Assembly (NCBI RefSeq): GCF_001559595.1
Contig: NZ_LNTY01000017.1
Span: 29,613-53,612, forward strand
Length of the DNA: 24,000 nt
From: Enterovibrio coralii
GTDB lineage: Bacteria; Pseudomonadota; Gammaproteobacteria; Enterobacterales; Vibrionaceae
Reading direction: 5' to 3'
Shown: in pieces, positions 1-8,702 of the stretch
Layout: each line of letters opens with the position of its first letter
How positions within the stretch are numbered: position 1 is the first letter of the stretch
Position numbers and translations under genes: made by a program
The notes under the pieces: model-generated
Seen by the model: the letters and a program-made list of their open reading frames with translations, nothing else
Told to the model about the DNA's origin: nothing
Database searches by the model: none

Positions 1-683
1 TTGCATACAACCACCCAGAGTGTGAGTTGATGGTTCTTCTGATTGACGAACGTCCAGAGGAAGTGACCGAGATGCAGCGTCTGGTTAAAGGCGAAGTAAT
101 TGCATCTACCTTTGATGAGCCAGCAAGCCGTCACGTACAAGTTGCGGAAATGGTGATCGAGAAGGCGAAGCGCCTGGTTGAGCACAAGAAAGATGTGGTT
201 ATCCTGCTTGACTCTATCACGCGTCTGGCGCGTGCATACAACACCGTGGTACCAAGCTCAGGTAAAGTACTGACAGGTGGTGTGGACGCAAATGCATTGC
301 ACCGTCCGAAGCGTTTCTTCGGTGCGGCACGTAACGTTGAGGAAGGCGGTAGCCTGACTATCATCGCGACAGCACTGGTTGATACCGGTTCTAAGATGGA
401 TGAAGTTATCTACGAAGAATTTAAAGGTACAGGTAACATGGAACTGCACCTGTCTCGTAAGATTGCCGAGAAGCGTGTCTTCCCAGCGATTGACTTCACC
501 CGCTCAGGTACCCGTCGTGAAGAGCTTCTGACCAAGCCTGATGAGCTGCAGAAGATGTGGATCCTGCGTAAGATTGTTCACCCAATGGGCGAAATCGAAG
601 GCATGGAATTCCTGATCGACAAGTTGGCGATGACCAAAACCAACGACGAATTCTTCGAAGCGATGCGCCGTCAAAAATCATAA
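1..683 (+). CDS. rho: Transcription termination factor Rho, C-terminal roughly 226 aa (5' end lies outside the window)
   Basis: The reading frame is open from the window edge (frame of nt 3: [21 protein letters not shown]...). The translation ([21 protein letters not shown]..., [72 protein letters not shown]) is nearly identical to the ATPase half of E. coli Rho as I recall it. Stop TAA at 681-683. Confidence 0.97.
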   Translation, partial: AYNHPECELMVLLIDERPEEVTEMQRLVKGEVIASTFDEPASRHVQVAEMVIEKAKRLVEHKKDVVILLDSITRLARAYNTVVPSSGKVLTGGVDANALHRPKRFFGAARNVEEGGSLTIIATALVDTGSKMDEVIYEEFKGTGNMELHLSRKIAEKRVFPAIDFTRSGTRREELLTKPDELQKMWILRKIVHPMGEIEGMEFLIDKLAMTKTNDEFFEAMRRQKS

Positions 684-700
684 CGACGCTGATTTCGACA

Positions 701-730
701 AAAAAGCACCGTATTTACGGTGCTTTTTTC
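701..730 (+). terminator. Rho-independent terminator downstream of rho
   Basis: Stem aaaagcaccg (702-711), loop tattta, stem cggtgctttt (718-727), continuing into a T-run. Confidence 0.8.
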
Positions 731-913
731 ATATTTATGGAAGACAAAACCACATGTTGTTATCCTTCGCGCGGCCATTTCTCTTGTGGTCAGATGAAGA
801 TAGCAACATCTGCTAACGATTCTGTGAGTTGCTAAAGCGACCAGCGCGCAGCAAAATTATGACTTACAGCGACACCGTTGGCTCAAGGGGCGAGCTGACT
901 TAGGATTTCTAGG

Positions 914-1912
914 ATGAAACGGTTTCTGGTTATATTTTTGTTGTTGGGTACAGGTGCTTTCAGTGCCGTTACCCGCGCGATCACGCTAACACCCAATGAT
1001 GTTGCCGCTCATATGTCTGAACCGGGACACGTCGGGATTGTGTTGCATGCCCGTCAGCTTTTCGACCTCAATGACTTCGAGTCACTCCAAACCTATCTCG
1101 AGGCGCAGCCAGAGCTTTTACAAGAAGAGCTTCTGATGATCCTTGCTCGGCGCTCATTTGATTTTTCTCGTATGACCCCTGAGCGCGAAGCCTTCTTAAA
1201 ACGCATCAGCCAAGAGCAGCCCAAATACATGGTAAGAAGCCAAGGCGATGGGTTTTGGGCGACCATGCCAGCGTTTAACTATGCAGGTGAAGCCAAGTGG
1301 GTGCTTAACCATTGGAAAATTCATCAATTGCAGGCTGAAGCTCTGCAACTGCTCGCCGCAGACCAGTTATCGTTGGCAAGTTGGCTAGAATTCTCTTCAA
1401 AAGACTACCCATTGCGTCGTCAGGCCATTTTGGATGCTATTCCGCATCTCGAGCCTTCCGCATGCAAAAAGCTAGAAAATATCTATTTGGCTGATAAAAA
1501 CATGGTGTGGGTACCAGACAATGCCATTTTGGTCGCCTTGGTCGAACAAACCCAAAGTGACGCCTTGTATGAGCTTCTATGGCTTCGACGCACCGACTCT
1601 TACAGTTTGGATGCGCTACAGAAGTTAGGCGTGCCACCTGTCAAACCAGAGGCGATTGAGCAGATGATGGCGGCCACCATCAACCCAGTGTTGACCGACA
1701 CGGCAAACCGTCAGTTGGCAAGCATTCACCCGATGCCTGAGTCGGTGAAAGCCTTTATGGTGAAACAACTGGGTAACCGCAATTTCGGTAAAGACGTGGC
1801 CATCATGCTCGCGCAACAAGGGCACACGCCGTGGTTGGAGTCTTTGCTGGAAACAACCTCTGGCGTCACATACCGAAATATTGAAAACGGACTCGAGACG
1901 CTAACCCGTTAA
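914..1912 (+). CDS. Hypothetical secreted or periplasmic protein, 332 aa, predicted mostly alpha-helical, function unknown
   Basis: Long ORF with an ATG start and AGGA 10 nt upstream. The N-terminus [22 protein letters not shown] looks like a Sec signal peptide. I recognise no family motif. Confidence 0.7.
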   Translation: MKRFLVIFLLLGTGAFSAVTRAITLTPNDVAAHMSEPGHVGIVLHARQLFDLNDFESLQTYLEAQPELLQEELLMILARRSFDFSRMTPEREAFLKRISQEQPKYMVRSQGDGFWATMPAFNYAGEAKWVLNHWKIHQLQAEALQLLAADQLSLASWLEFSSKDYPLRRQAILDAIPHLEPSACKKLENIYLADKNMVWVPDNAILVALVEQTQSDALYELLWLRRTDSYSLDALQKLGVPPVKPEAIEQMMAATINPVLTDTANRQLASIHPMPESVKAFMVKQLGNRNFGKDVAIMLAQQGHTPWLESLLETTSGVTYRNIENGLETLTR

Positions 1913-1919
1913 GCGTGAT

Positions 1920-1945
1920 AGCCTCATTGTATTGAGGCTTTCGTG
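1920..1945 (+). terminator. Weak hairpin (possible terminator or attenuator) between the hypothetical gene and ubiD
   Basis: agcctca (1920-1926), loop ttgtat, tgaggct (1933-1939), followed by ttcgtgtt. The stem is only 7 bp and the T-tract is interrupted. Confidence 0.3.
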
Positions 1946-2009
1946 TTCCTTCGCACGTATCCCATTGTGTGGGTATATCCCTAAGCCGATAAATCTACCC
2001 AGGAAGGTT

Positions 2010-3890
2010 ATGAAATTTACTGATTTACGCGTGTTCCTCGACCACTTGGAATCCATTGGCGAACTAAAGCGCATCTCACATCCCGTCGACCCTGATCAAG
2101 AAATCACAGAAATTGCTGACCGTACACTTCGTGCGGGTGGTCCGGCTTTGCTGTTTGAAAATCCGGTTGGGTATGACATGCCAGTGCTAGCCAACTTGTT
2201 TGGTACACCAAAGCGAGTGGCGATTGGCATGGGACGCAGCGAGGTCAAGGAGCTTCGTGAAGTTGGAAAGCTATTGGCTTACCTAAAAGAGCCTGAGCCA
2301 CCAAAAGGCTTCAAAGACGCATTAGAAAAACTGCCTGTGTTCCGCCAAGTGCTGAACATGCCAGCAAAGCGTCTTCGCAAAGCACCGTGTCAGGAGATTA
2401 TCTGGCAGGGCGAGGACGTAGACTTAGATAAAATCCCAGTGATGAGCTGCTGGCCGGGGGATGTGGCACCGCTTTTGACATGGGGTTTAACCATCACCAA
2501 AGGGCCAACCAAAAAGCGTCAGAACCTTGGAATTTATCGTCAGCAAAAAATCGGTAAGAACAAGGTCATTATGCGCTGGCTAGCCCACCGTGGTGGTGCG
2601 CTGGATTTGCGTGATTGGATGGAAACCCACCCGGGTAAACCATTTCCTTTGTCCGTGGCCTTTGGTGCCGATCCTGCGACCATTTTGGGCGCGGTGACGC
2701 CAGTGCCTGATACCTTGTCGGAATATGCCTTTGCCGGATTGCTGCGAGGCAGTAAAACCGAAGTCGTGAAAAGCATCAGCAATGAGCTAGATGTACCGGC
2801 CAGCGCGGAGATCGTGATGGAAGGTTACATCGACCCAACCGAGTATGCCGATGAAGGGCCGTATGGCGACCACACGGGCTACTATAACGAAGTTGAGCGT
2901 CACCATGTGTTCACCGTTACTCACGTGACCATGCGCCAAAAACCGATTTACCACAGCACTTACACCGGGCGTCCACCGGACGAACCTGCGGTACTGGGTG
3001 TGGCGTTGAATGAAGTGTTCGTGCCGATTTTGCAAAAGCAGTTCCCAGAGATTGAGGACTTTTACTTACCGCCAGAAGGGTGCTCATACCGCATGGCGGT
3101 GGTGACAATGAAGAAGCAATACCCAGGACACGCCAAACGCGTGATGATGGGTGTGTGGTCTTTCTTGCGCCAGTTTATGTACACCAAATATGTGTTGGTG
3201 TGTGATGACGACGTGAATGCCCGCGATTGGCACAGTGTGATGCAGGCAGTGACCACTCACATGGAGCCAAAGCGCGATACCTTGTTCATTGAGCACACGC
3301 CGATTGATTCTTTGGACTTTGCCTCTCCGGTTGCGGGTTTAGGCTCTAAAATGGGCTTGGACGCAACGCGAAAATGGGACGCAGAAAATGTCGGTTATGA
3401 CATTCCTGCGCCACGCATTGCCGACGCCGCGCTCAGTGCCAGCATTGACGCCCTGAAAGAGGCGCACCCAGCACTGGTTGAGGTTTACTTACCCAAGGAA
3501 GCCGTGGCGAACACCATGGTGTTGGCGAGTATCAACAAGCAAGCCGAGGGTGACGGGTCGCGTATCATCAATGCTATTTGGGATACATTGGGTCAGCATA
3601 TCGACATAAAATTTGTCATGCTCTTTGACGATGAAGATGTGAACCTGCGCGATTGGAACGACGTTATTTGGGCAATTACCACCCGAATGGATCCGGCTCG
3701 TGATACCCTTGTGCGCGGTCACGAGGCGAAAGGGCAAGAATCGCCCATCGCGGCTGTGGGGTCTAAAATGGGATTAGATGCCACAAATAAATGGCCAGGT
3801 GAGTCAACACGAGAGTGGGGCACACCTATCACCAAAGATCCCGCGATCGTCGCCAAAGTAGACGACATGTGGAACAAACTGGGTTTATAA
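2010..3890 (+). CDS. ubiD: 4-hydroxy-3-polyprenylbenzoate decarboxylase UbiD (prFMN-dependent), long 626-aa form with an internally duplicated C-terminal segment
   Basis: [84 protein letters not shown] and [35 protein letters not shown] match E. coli UbiD as recalled. Start moved from the track's TTG at 1932 to ATG at 2010, which has SD aggaagg at 2001-2007. Confidence 0.95.
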   Translation: MKFTDLRVFLDHLESIGELKRISHPVDPDQEITEIADRTLRAGGPALLFENPVGYDMPVLANLFGTPKRVAIGMGRSEVKELREVGKLLAYLKEPEPPKGFKDALEKLPVFRQVLNMPAKRLRKAPCQEIIWQGEDVDLDKIPVMSCWPGDVAPLLTWGLTITKGPTKKRQNLGIYRQQKIGKNKVIMRWLAHRGGALDLRDWMETHPGKPFPLSVAFGADPATILGAVTPVPDTLSEYAFAGLLRGSKTEVVKSISNELDVPASAEIVMEGYIDPTEYADEGPYGDHTGYYNEVERHHVFTVTHVTMRQKPIYHSTYTGRPPDEPAVLGVALNEVFVPILQKQFPEIEDFYLPPEGCSYRMAVVTMKKQYPGHAKRVMMGVWSFLRQFMYTKYVLVCDDDVNARDWHSVMQAVTTHMEPKRDTLFIEHTPIDSLDFASPVAGLGSKMGLDATRKWDAENVGYDIPAPRIADAALSASIDALKEAHPALVEVYLPKEAVANTMVLASINKQAEGDGSRIINAIWDTLGQHIDIKFVMLFDDEDVNLRDWNDVIWAITTRMDPARDTLVRGHEAKGQESPIAAVGSKMGLDATNKWPGESTREWGTPITKDPAIVAKVDDMWNKLGL

Positions 3891-4172
3891 ATGATGTATC
3901 GGGTACATCTGATGCCATCAGGCGCAGCGTTTGAAGTGTCGGCACACCAGACTGTCTTACAAGGCGCACTGGAAGCAGATGTCCCATTTCCTAACCGTTG
4001 TCAGATCGGGGCATGTGCGTCCTGTTTATGCAGGCTGGTTGAAGGTGATGTGCGATATCACTTAGAGCCAATGCTCACGGAGCAAGAAAAAGAACAAGGC
4101 TGGATATTTGCCTGTCAGGCGATCCCATGCAGCGATCTGGTGGTTAGTTTTGAGGAAAGCGATGACTATTAA
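3891..4172 (+). CDS. Small plant-type or YfaE-like 2Fe-2S ferredoxin (93 aa)
   Basis: Cys pattern C-x4-C-x2-C (CQIGACASC) plus a distal Cys in IFACQA, typical of the 2Fe-2S ferredoxin fold. Its ATG directly abuts the ubiD stop (taaATG at 3888-3893). The 3' end overlaps the fre start by 11 nt. Confidence 0.85.
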   Translation: MMYRVHLMPSGAAFEVSAHQTVLQGALEADVPFPNRCQIGACASCLCRLVEGDVRYHLEPMLTEQEKEQGWIFACQAIPCSDLVVSFEESDDY

Positions 4173-4881
4173 TTGTGAAGTCCTGTCAGTGTCATCACTG
4201 ACGAACAACACCTACCGAATTTTACTAAAACCTGCTCAGCCGGTGGATTACAAGGCAGGTCAATACCTGCTGGCTGTAATGGGCGAGAAAGACAAGCGTC
4301 CGTTCTCGATTGCGAGCAGCCCTTGTCGCCAAAACGGCCACGAGCTGGAGCTGCATATCGGTGCGGCGGATGAAAACGCCTATGCATCGGAAGTGGTGAA
4401 AGCGGCGCAAGCAACCTACGAGAAGGGAGATAATTCTTTCCTTATCGAAGCGCCGCACGGCAACGCATGGCTGCGTGATGAACGTCAGCGTCCACTGGTG
4501 TTGATTGCAGGTGGCACAGGTTTTTCTTACGTGCGCAGCATGCTGGACCACTGTTTGAGCCAAGGTTTTGACCAGCCAATCTTTCTTTACTGGGGTGGCC
4601 GCGACCTAAGCCAGCTTTACGCCAATGAGGAAATGGAAGCACTGGCACTGAAAAACAGCCAGTTAACGTACATTCCGGTTGTTGAAAATGCGCCTGAAGG
4701 TTGGAGCGGCAAAGTCGGTAACGTGCTAGAAGCGGTGATGGAAGATTTCGTGTCCTTGTCTGCTTACGATATCTACATTGCAGGTCGCTTCGAAATGGCG
4801 GGTGCAGCACGTGAGATGTTCTGTAACGAGCGTGGTGCAGAGCGCGACCACCTGTTTGCCGACGCTTACGCCTTCTTGTAA
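4162..4881 (+). CDS. fre: NAD(P)H-flavin reductase Fre (FNR-like fold)
   Basis: [10 protein letters not shown]..., [29 protein letters not shown]...[27 protein letters not shown] and LFADAYAFL align along the full length with E. coli Fre as recalled. Start set at ATG 4162 (SD gaggaa at 4152-4157) rather than the track's 4108. Confidence 0.93.
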   Translation: MTINCEVLSVSSLTNNTYRILLKPAQPVDYKAGQYLLAVMGEKDKRPFSIASSPCRQNGHELELHIGAADENAYASEVVKAAQATYEKGDNSFLIEAPHGNAWLRDERQRPLVLIAGGTGFSYVRSMLDHCLSQGFDQPIFLYWGGRDLSQLYANEEMEALALKNSQLTYIPVVENAPEGWSGKVGNVLEAVMEDFVSLSAYDIYIAGRFEMAGAAREMFCNERGAERDHLFADAYAFL

Positions 4882-4897
4882 TGAGCAAGATAGACAA

Positions 4898-4930
4898 ATA
4901 AAAACACCGCCAGTTGGCGGTGTTTTTTTA
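4898..4930. terminator. Bidirectional rho-independent terminator between convergent fre and the yigM-like gene
   Basis: acaccgcc (4904-4911), loop agtt, ggcggtgt (4916-4923), flanked by an A-run upstream and a T-run downstream. Confidence 0.85.
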
Positions 4931-4938
4931 TCTGTACA

Positions 4939-5817
4939 TTAGGCGTTCGCGGTTTGCGCCTCGATTTTCTTTTTCACCCAGGTTTCGTTGACCCACAGTG
5001 AGGCCAAAATCACCGCGCCGCCAATGGCGAGCGTGACCAAATCGGCGTTACGGTTCCAGATAAGTACGTTCACCACAATACCCGCAGGTACAAGCACGTT
5101 GTTCATCACGGCCAATGCTCCTGCATTCACCAGCGTCGCGCCTTTGTTCCAAAGGAAGTAGCCCACACCGGACGCGATGGTGCCTAAGTAAATCAAAATG
5201 CCCCACTGAAGGTGGGTGGTCGGCAGTTTGTCTGGGTTGCCCAGCAGCAAAAATGCGGGCAGAGCAACACACAGCGCCCCGAGATAAAACAGGCCGAAGA
5301 CAGTGTGCTGCGGAATCGCTTTATCTGCACGCTCCATCACAACTTTATAACTGACCTGACCGATTGCAAAACAGAGGTTTGCGCCCTGAACAATCAGAAA
5401 ACCCAGCATAAAATTCGGGTTCACTGAGGCGAACTTGATCACCACAGCGCCAAGCACGGCCAGTGCCGCTGTCATCAGGTACCAAGGTGAAAAACGACGG
5501 TGCATCAAATCATAGGTCAGGGTGACATACACCGGCGTAAACACGGTAAACAGCAGGACTTCCGGTACGGAAAGGTAAAGGAAAGACTGATAGTAGAAGC
5601 AGTACATCAAGCCAAGTTGAATGCCACCTATGGCCATCAGCTTTAGCATCAGTGGGCGGGGAATGCCTTTTAAACGCAGAAACGGTAAGAAAACCAAGCC
5701 TGCCAGTGCAACACGCGTGACCACAGAAAACCAAGAGTCCACTTGTCCTGCCAAGTACACGCCAATCAAGCTGAACGAGAACGCCCAAAGAAAGGTAACA
5801 AAAGAAAGATAGCCCAT
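4939..5817 (-). CDS. yigM: EamA/DMT-superfamily 10-TM transporter, YigM (BioP, biotin uptake)-like
   Basis: 292 aa and strongly hydrophobic. LWAFSFSLIG.YLAG.VDS.F.V.TRV.LA.LVFLPFLR, LLFTVFTP.Y.TL.YD, LQWGIL.YLG..ASG.GYF.WN.GAT and MNN..VPAG..VN match my recollection of E. coli YigM. The family call is firmer than the ortholog call. Confidence 0.8.
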   Translation of the reverse strand: MGYLSFVTFLWAFSFSLIGVYLAGQVDSWFSVVTRVALAGLVFLPFLRLKGIPRPLMLKLMAIGGIQLGLMYCFYYQSFLYLSVPEVLLFTVFTPVYVTLTYDLMHRRFSPWYLMTAALAVLGAVVIKFASVNPNFMLGFLIVQGANLCFAIGQVSYKVVMERADKAIPQHTVFGLFYLGALCVALPAFLLLGNPDKLPTTHLQWGILIYLGTIASGVGYFLWNKGATLVNAGALAVMNNVLVPAGIVVNVLIWNRNADLVTLAIGGAVILASLWVNETWVKKKIEAQTANA

Positions 5818-5828
5818 CTCGAATCTCT

Positions 5829-5872
5829 AAAAACCACAAAATTGCCGCCAAGTGTACTGCATTTGGCGGCAA
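5829..5872 (-). terminator. Rho-independent terminator of uspA (minus strand)
   Basis: 10-bp perfect stem ttgccgccaa (5842-5851) / ttggcggcaa (5863-5872) with an 11-nt loop. On the minus strand it is followed by ttttgtggttttt. Confidence 0.75.
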
Positions 5873-5921
5873 CGTGTAGCTATCGTTCTTCTGGACGGAG
5901 GAGCTTAGAAAGTTCCTGCGA

Positions 5922-6347
5922 TCAGCTTGGCAGCGGCACCATCAGCATGTCGACCGGGGTCTTGTTGATAAGTTGCTTGGCTGAAGAAATCAGGGTGCTC
6001 CAGAAATCTTGGTGGTGGCCACAAATCACCAGATCAATCCCGAAATGACCGATGGACTCTGTGATTTCATCGGCGAGATCGCCACTTGCAACCAAGGTGT
6101 GGGTCACCGGCGTGTCGCTCAGTTTCGCTAACTTGTTAAGCTGAGATTGTGCCTCTTCAATGATTTGATTGCGGGTTTCGACCATGTTGATGTCAATCAG
6201 GCCGGTGTAGAGCTGGGCATAGTTAACATCAATGTGGATCAGCGAGAGTTTCGCACCCAATGGCGCGGCGAGCGCAGCCCCTTTTTGGATCAGTTTTTCG
6301 CTGTCGGCAGATAAGTCCACGGCGACAAGAATATGTTTATAGCCCAT
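5922..6347 (-). CDS. uspA: Universal stress protein A
   Basis: MGYKHILVAVDLS..S, KLSLIHIDVNY..LYTGLID.N, LVICGHHQDFWS.L.SSAKQLIN...VDML.VPL are closely similar to E. coli UspA. Start set at ATG 6347 (SD agggag 7-8 nt upstream) instead of the track's TTG at 6353. Confidence 0.93.
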   Translation of the reverse strand: MGYKHILVAVDLSADSEKLIQKGAALAAPLGAKLSLIHIDVNYAQLYTGLIDINMVETRNQIIEEAQSQLNKLAKLSDTPVTHTLVASGDLADEITESIGHFGIDLVICGHHQDFWSTLISSAKQLINKTPVDMLMVPLPS

Positions 6348-6353
6348 AACCAA

Positions 6354-7027
6354 ACTCCCTAAAAATGCTCGGTGTGGATGATATGAAGATACCGAGAAAG
6401 ATGAGCAAAAAGTAGCACTGTCTCCGCATTAAGACTGTCGAGCAGATCCCACTGCTGATGTCGATTTTAAACCCAGTACATTGTGGTTAATTTTTGTTGG
6501 TGATTTTGTTAAATTATAGTAGAGCGAAAGCCTATGGGATTGATAAAAAAGGGAAGATTCTCAGGTTAAAAATAGGCTGCAACATGAAATCTCCCTCAGA
6601 TCCACTTGGCGTTTTCGCCATCAACTCTATACTTAAAGTGAAAGCTTCTCGGATCGGCAACGTATGTTGCCACCATTTAAGAGCTAGGATTTCTTCATCA
6701 AGCGCGTGTTTTGCGAATAGGGTCAGGGTATCTCGCCCGCGACAAAGAAAAGAAGTGAATTCGCACACGTTATCTTTACTCACCAAGAGTAAGCTAAATA
6801 CAAATCTCAACGTATTAAGTGACACGCGCTGAGAAGAAGACCGTCTTAGGGCATTGAGGGGTAAATCATCAGGTCGGGGACGACGGAAAGCCCTGTTATT
6901 CGAAGATAAAGGTTTGGCGAGTATCGCCAAGGCGGCATCTACTTCTGTAATGGACGACCCAGAAAGAGATGACAACGATGATCACTCATCGCTGGGTTCC
7001 CCATCGGCAACTATGGGAGAAGAGACC
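6354..7027. promoter_or_regulatory. Long AT-rich divergent intergenic region, presumed to carry the uspA and uspB promoters and 5' UTRs
   Basis: 674 bp lie between divergent start codons, and the region is visibly AT-richer than the flanks. It contains a perfect TATAAT on the minus strand (about 6513-6518) and a 7-bp hairpin ttggcga-gta-tcgccaa (6914-6930). Only mutually overlapping ORFs without credible starts are present. Confidence 0.45.
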
Positions 7028-7369
7028 ATGAGCGGAGACGCGTTAATAATTGCGATATTTTTTGTCATGCTGGTGAACATCATGCGTTACATGAGTTCAC
7101 TCAGAGCCTTGCTGTGCATGATGCGAGAGGCTAACCCGCTGCTGTATCAGCAGGTGAACCGTGGCAATAACAACTTCTTTTCGCCACAAGGCGATATCAG
7201 TCGGCAAAAGCGTTTGTTTCACTACATTCGCAGCCAAGAATACCTGCATCATCACGATGAAGCGTTTATCGCCAAGTGTAATAAAGTCCGCCACCTCTTC
7301 ATTCTTTCGACAGCACTGGTCGTTGCGCTTGTTGTCTCCCTCTTTTTTGTGGCATTTGCAGGACTTTGA
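7028..7369 (+). CDS. uspB: Universal stress protein B (small two-TM membrane protein)
   Basis: MSGDALIIAIFFVMLVNIMRYMSSLRALL...NPLLYQQV...HHHDEAFI.KC..VR..FIL..AL aligns with E. coli UspB (about 111 aa) as recalled. Start set at ATG 7028 (gggaga 8-12 nt upstream), not the track's 6854. Confidence 0.9.
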   Translation: MSGDALIIAIFFVMLVNIMRYMSSLRALLCMMREANPLLYQQVNRGNNNFFSPQGDISRQKRLFHYIRSQEYLHHHDEAFIAKCNKVRHLFILSTALVVALVVSLFFVAFAGL

Positions 7370-7427
7370 TTGGCAGCATAAAGGCGTCACATTGCCGTGA
7401 CAGACTTTGCGGACAATCCTATTTTTC

Positions 7428-7459
7428 AAAAACGCTGGCTTGAGCCAGCGTTTTTTTTG
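7428..7459 (+). terminator. Rho-independent terminator of uspB
   Basis: aacgctggc (7431-7439), loop ttga, gccagcgtt (7444-7452), followed by T8. Confidence 0.85.
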
Positions 7460-7503
7460 TTACTCTCGACGCAGCAAAATGAAATCGGACGTAAGGGGAT
7501 CAT

Positions 7504-8628
7504 GTGGACAAGTTTCTTGCTTGGTGGCACAGCAGTTCACCGGACTTGAATTGGAACTGGCTTGAGCACATTGGGCTGTTGCTCGGCGCGGCAGCCGTGG
7601 CTTGGGTGGTTTGGCATGTCGTGATTGGTAAGCTGCTCGCTATCGCCCAAAAAACAAAAACAGAATGGGACACCATCCTTATCCATGCGGTGAGCTCGCC
7701 AATGAGTGTGTTGATCTGGCTATGGCCATCAACGTATGCCATTGACAGCTTGGTGGAGGCCGTCACAAAGGTCACCACAGATTGGTTTGTCGTTTCCCGT
7801 CGTGTGCTGGTTTTCGCTGTCGTTTTGTGGGCAATGCTTCGCTTGGTGAACGGCATCGAAGCCTATCTGATGAAATCAGACAAACGCGACCAAACGACGG
7901 TTGCCGCGATGGGACATATCATGCGTCTCATGCTGGCGGTGATCGGTGTGCTGACTGCCTTGCAAGAATTTGGCATCAGCCTGACGGGTCTTCTGACCTT
8001 CGGTGGTGTGGGTGGTTTGATTGTCGGTCTGGCGGCAAAAGATCTGCTTTCCAACTTCTTTGGCGGCTTGATGATTTACTTCGACCGCCCGTTCAAAGTG
8101 GGCGACTGGATAAGTTCACCAGACAGAAATATCGAAGGCACGGTTGAGCGTATCGGCATGCGCATGACCATGATACGTACGTTTGAGAGCCGTCCGCTCT
8201 ATGTGCCTAACTCGGTGTTTAGCAGCATAGTGGTACAAAACCCATCACGGATGCGAAACCGCCGCATCAACGAAACCATCGGTATTCGCTACAAAGATGC
8301 GGACAAAATGGCGGGCATTGTCGCGGACGTCAAAACCATGCTGGAGCAGCACCCAGATATCGAACACAGCGCAACGCTGATGGTGAACTTCGACGCCTTT
8401 GCCGGTTCCTCGCTAAACTTCTTTATCTATACCTTCACTAAAACAGTGAACTGGGCGCGATACCATGAAGTGAAGCAGGATGTGATGCTGCAAATTGTCG
8501 ATATTGTGCATGCGCACGGCGCAGATTTCGCCTTCCCAACCCGCACCATTGCCTTTGAGCGTGATGATGCGGTAGAAGCCGCGATACCCGTGAATGCGGA
8601 AGCGGAATTTTCGCAGAATAAAAACTAA
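7504..8628 (+). CDS. Mechanosensitive ion channel family protein (MscS-like small-conductance channel, YnaI/YbdG class)
   Basis: N-terminal TM helices are followed by the MscS signature region GGVGGLIVGLAAKDLLSNFFGGLMIYFDRPFKVGDWI...IEGTVERIG.R.T.IRT...RPLYVPNS.F. GTG start with aagggga 4-5 nt upstream. The first in-frame ATG lies about 65 codons downstream, so the start is uncertain. Confidence 0.85.
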   Translation: MDKFLAWWHSSSPDLNWNWLEHIGLLLGAAAVAWVVWHVVIGKLLAIAQKTKTEWDTILIHAVSSPMSVLIWLWPSTYAIDSLVEAVTKVTTDWFVVSRRVLVFAVVLWAMLRLVNGIEAYLMKSDKRDQTTVAAMGHIMRLMLAVIGVLTALQEFGISLTGLLTFGGVGGLIVGLAAKDLLSNFFGGLMIYFDRPFKVGDWISSPDRNIEGTVERIGMRMTMIRTFESRPLYVPNSVFSSIVVQNPSRMRNRRINETIGIRYKDADKMAGIVADVKTMLEQHPDIEHSATLMVNFDAFAGSSLNFFIYTFTKTVNWARYHEVKQDVMLQIVDIVHAHGADFAFPTRTIAFERDDAVEAAIPVNAEAEFSQNKN

Positions 8629-8656
8629 ACAGGTTTCATACTGGTTCAAAACCTGT

Positions 8657-8683
8657 CGGGCGGCTACAATGCCGCCCGTTTTC
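8657..8683 (+). terminator. Probable terminator after the MscS-family gene
   Basis: GC-rich stem cgggcggc (8657-8664), loop tacaat, gccgcccg (8671-8678), followed by a short tttt. Confidence 0.55.
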
Positions 8684-8702
8684 GATGTCGTGAGTTAGAA
8701 AA

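Noticed and set aside
1932-2009. TTG-initiated 26-codon N-terminal extension of ubiD given in the ORF track.
   Set aside because: The extension ([26 protein letters not shown]) overlaps the upstream hairpin and has no SD. ATG 2010 has SD aggaagg and aligns with the E. coli UbiD N-terminus.
4108-4161. 18-codon extension of fre, and the idea that the ferredoxin and fre are a frameshifted single fusion gene (BenC/AscD-like).
   Set aside because: MTINCEV aligns with the native N-terminus of E. coli Fre (MTTLSCKV). A good SD (gaggaa) precedes ATG 4162, and the ferredoxin ORF ends cleanly after its fourth Cys region. Two overlapping genes is the simpler reading.
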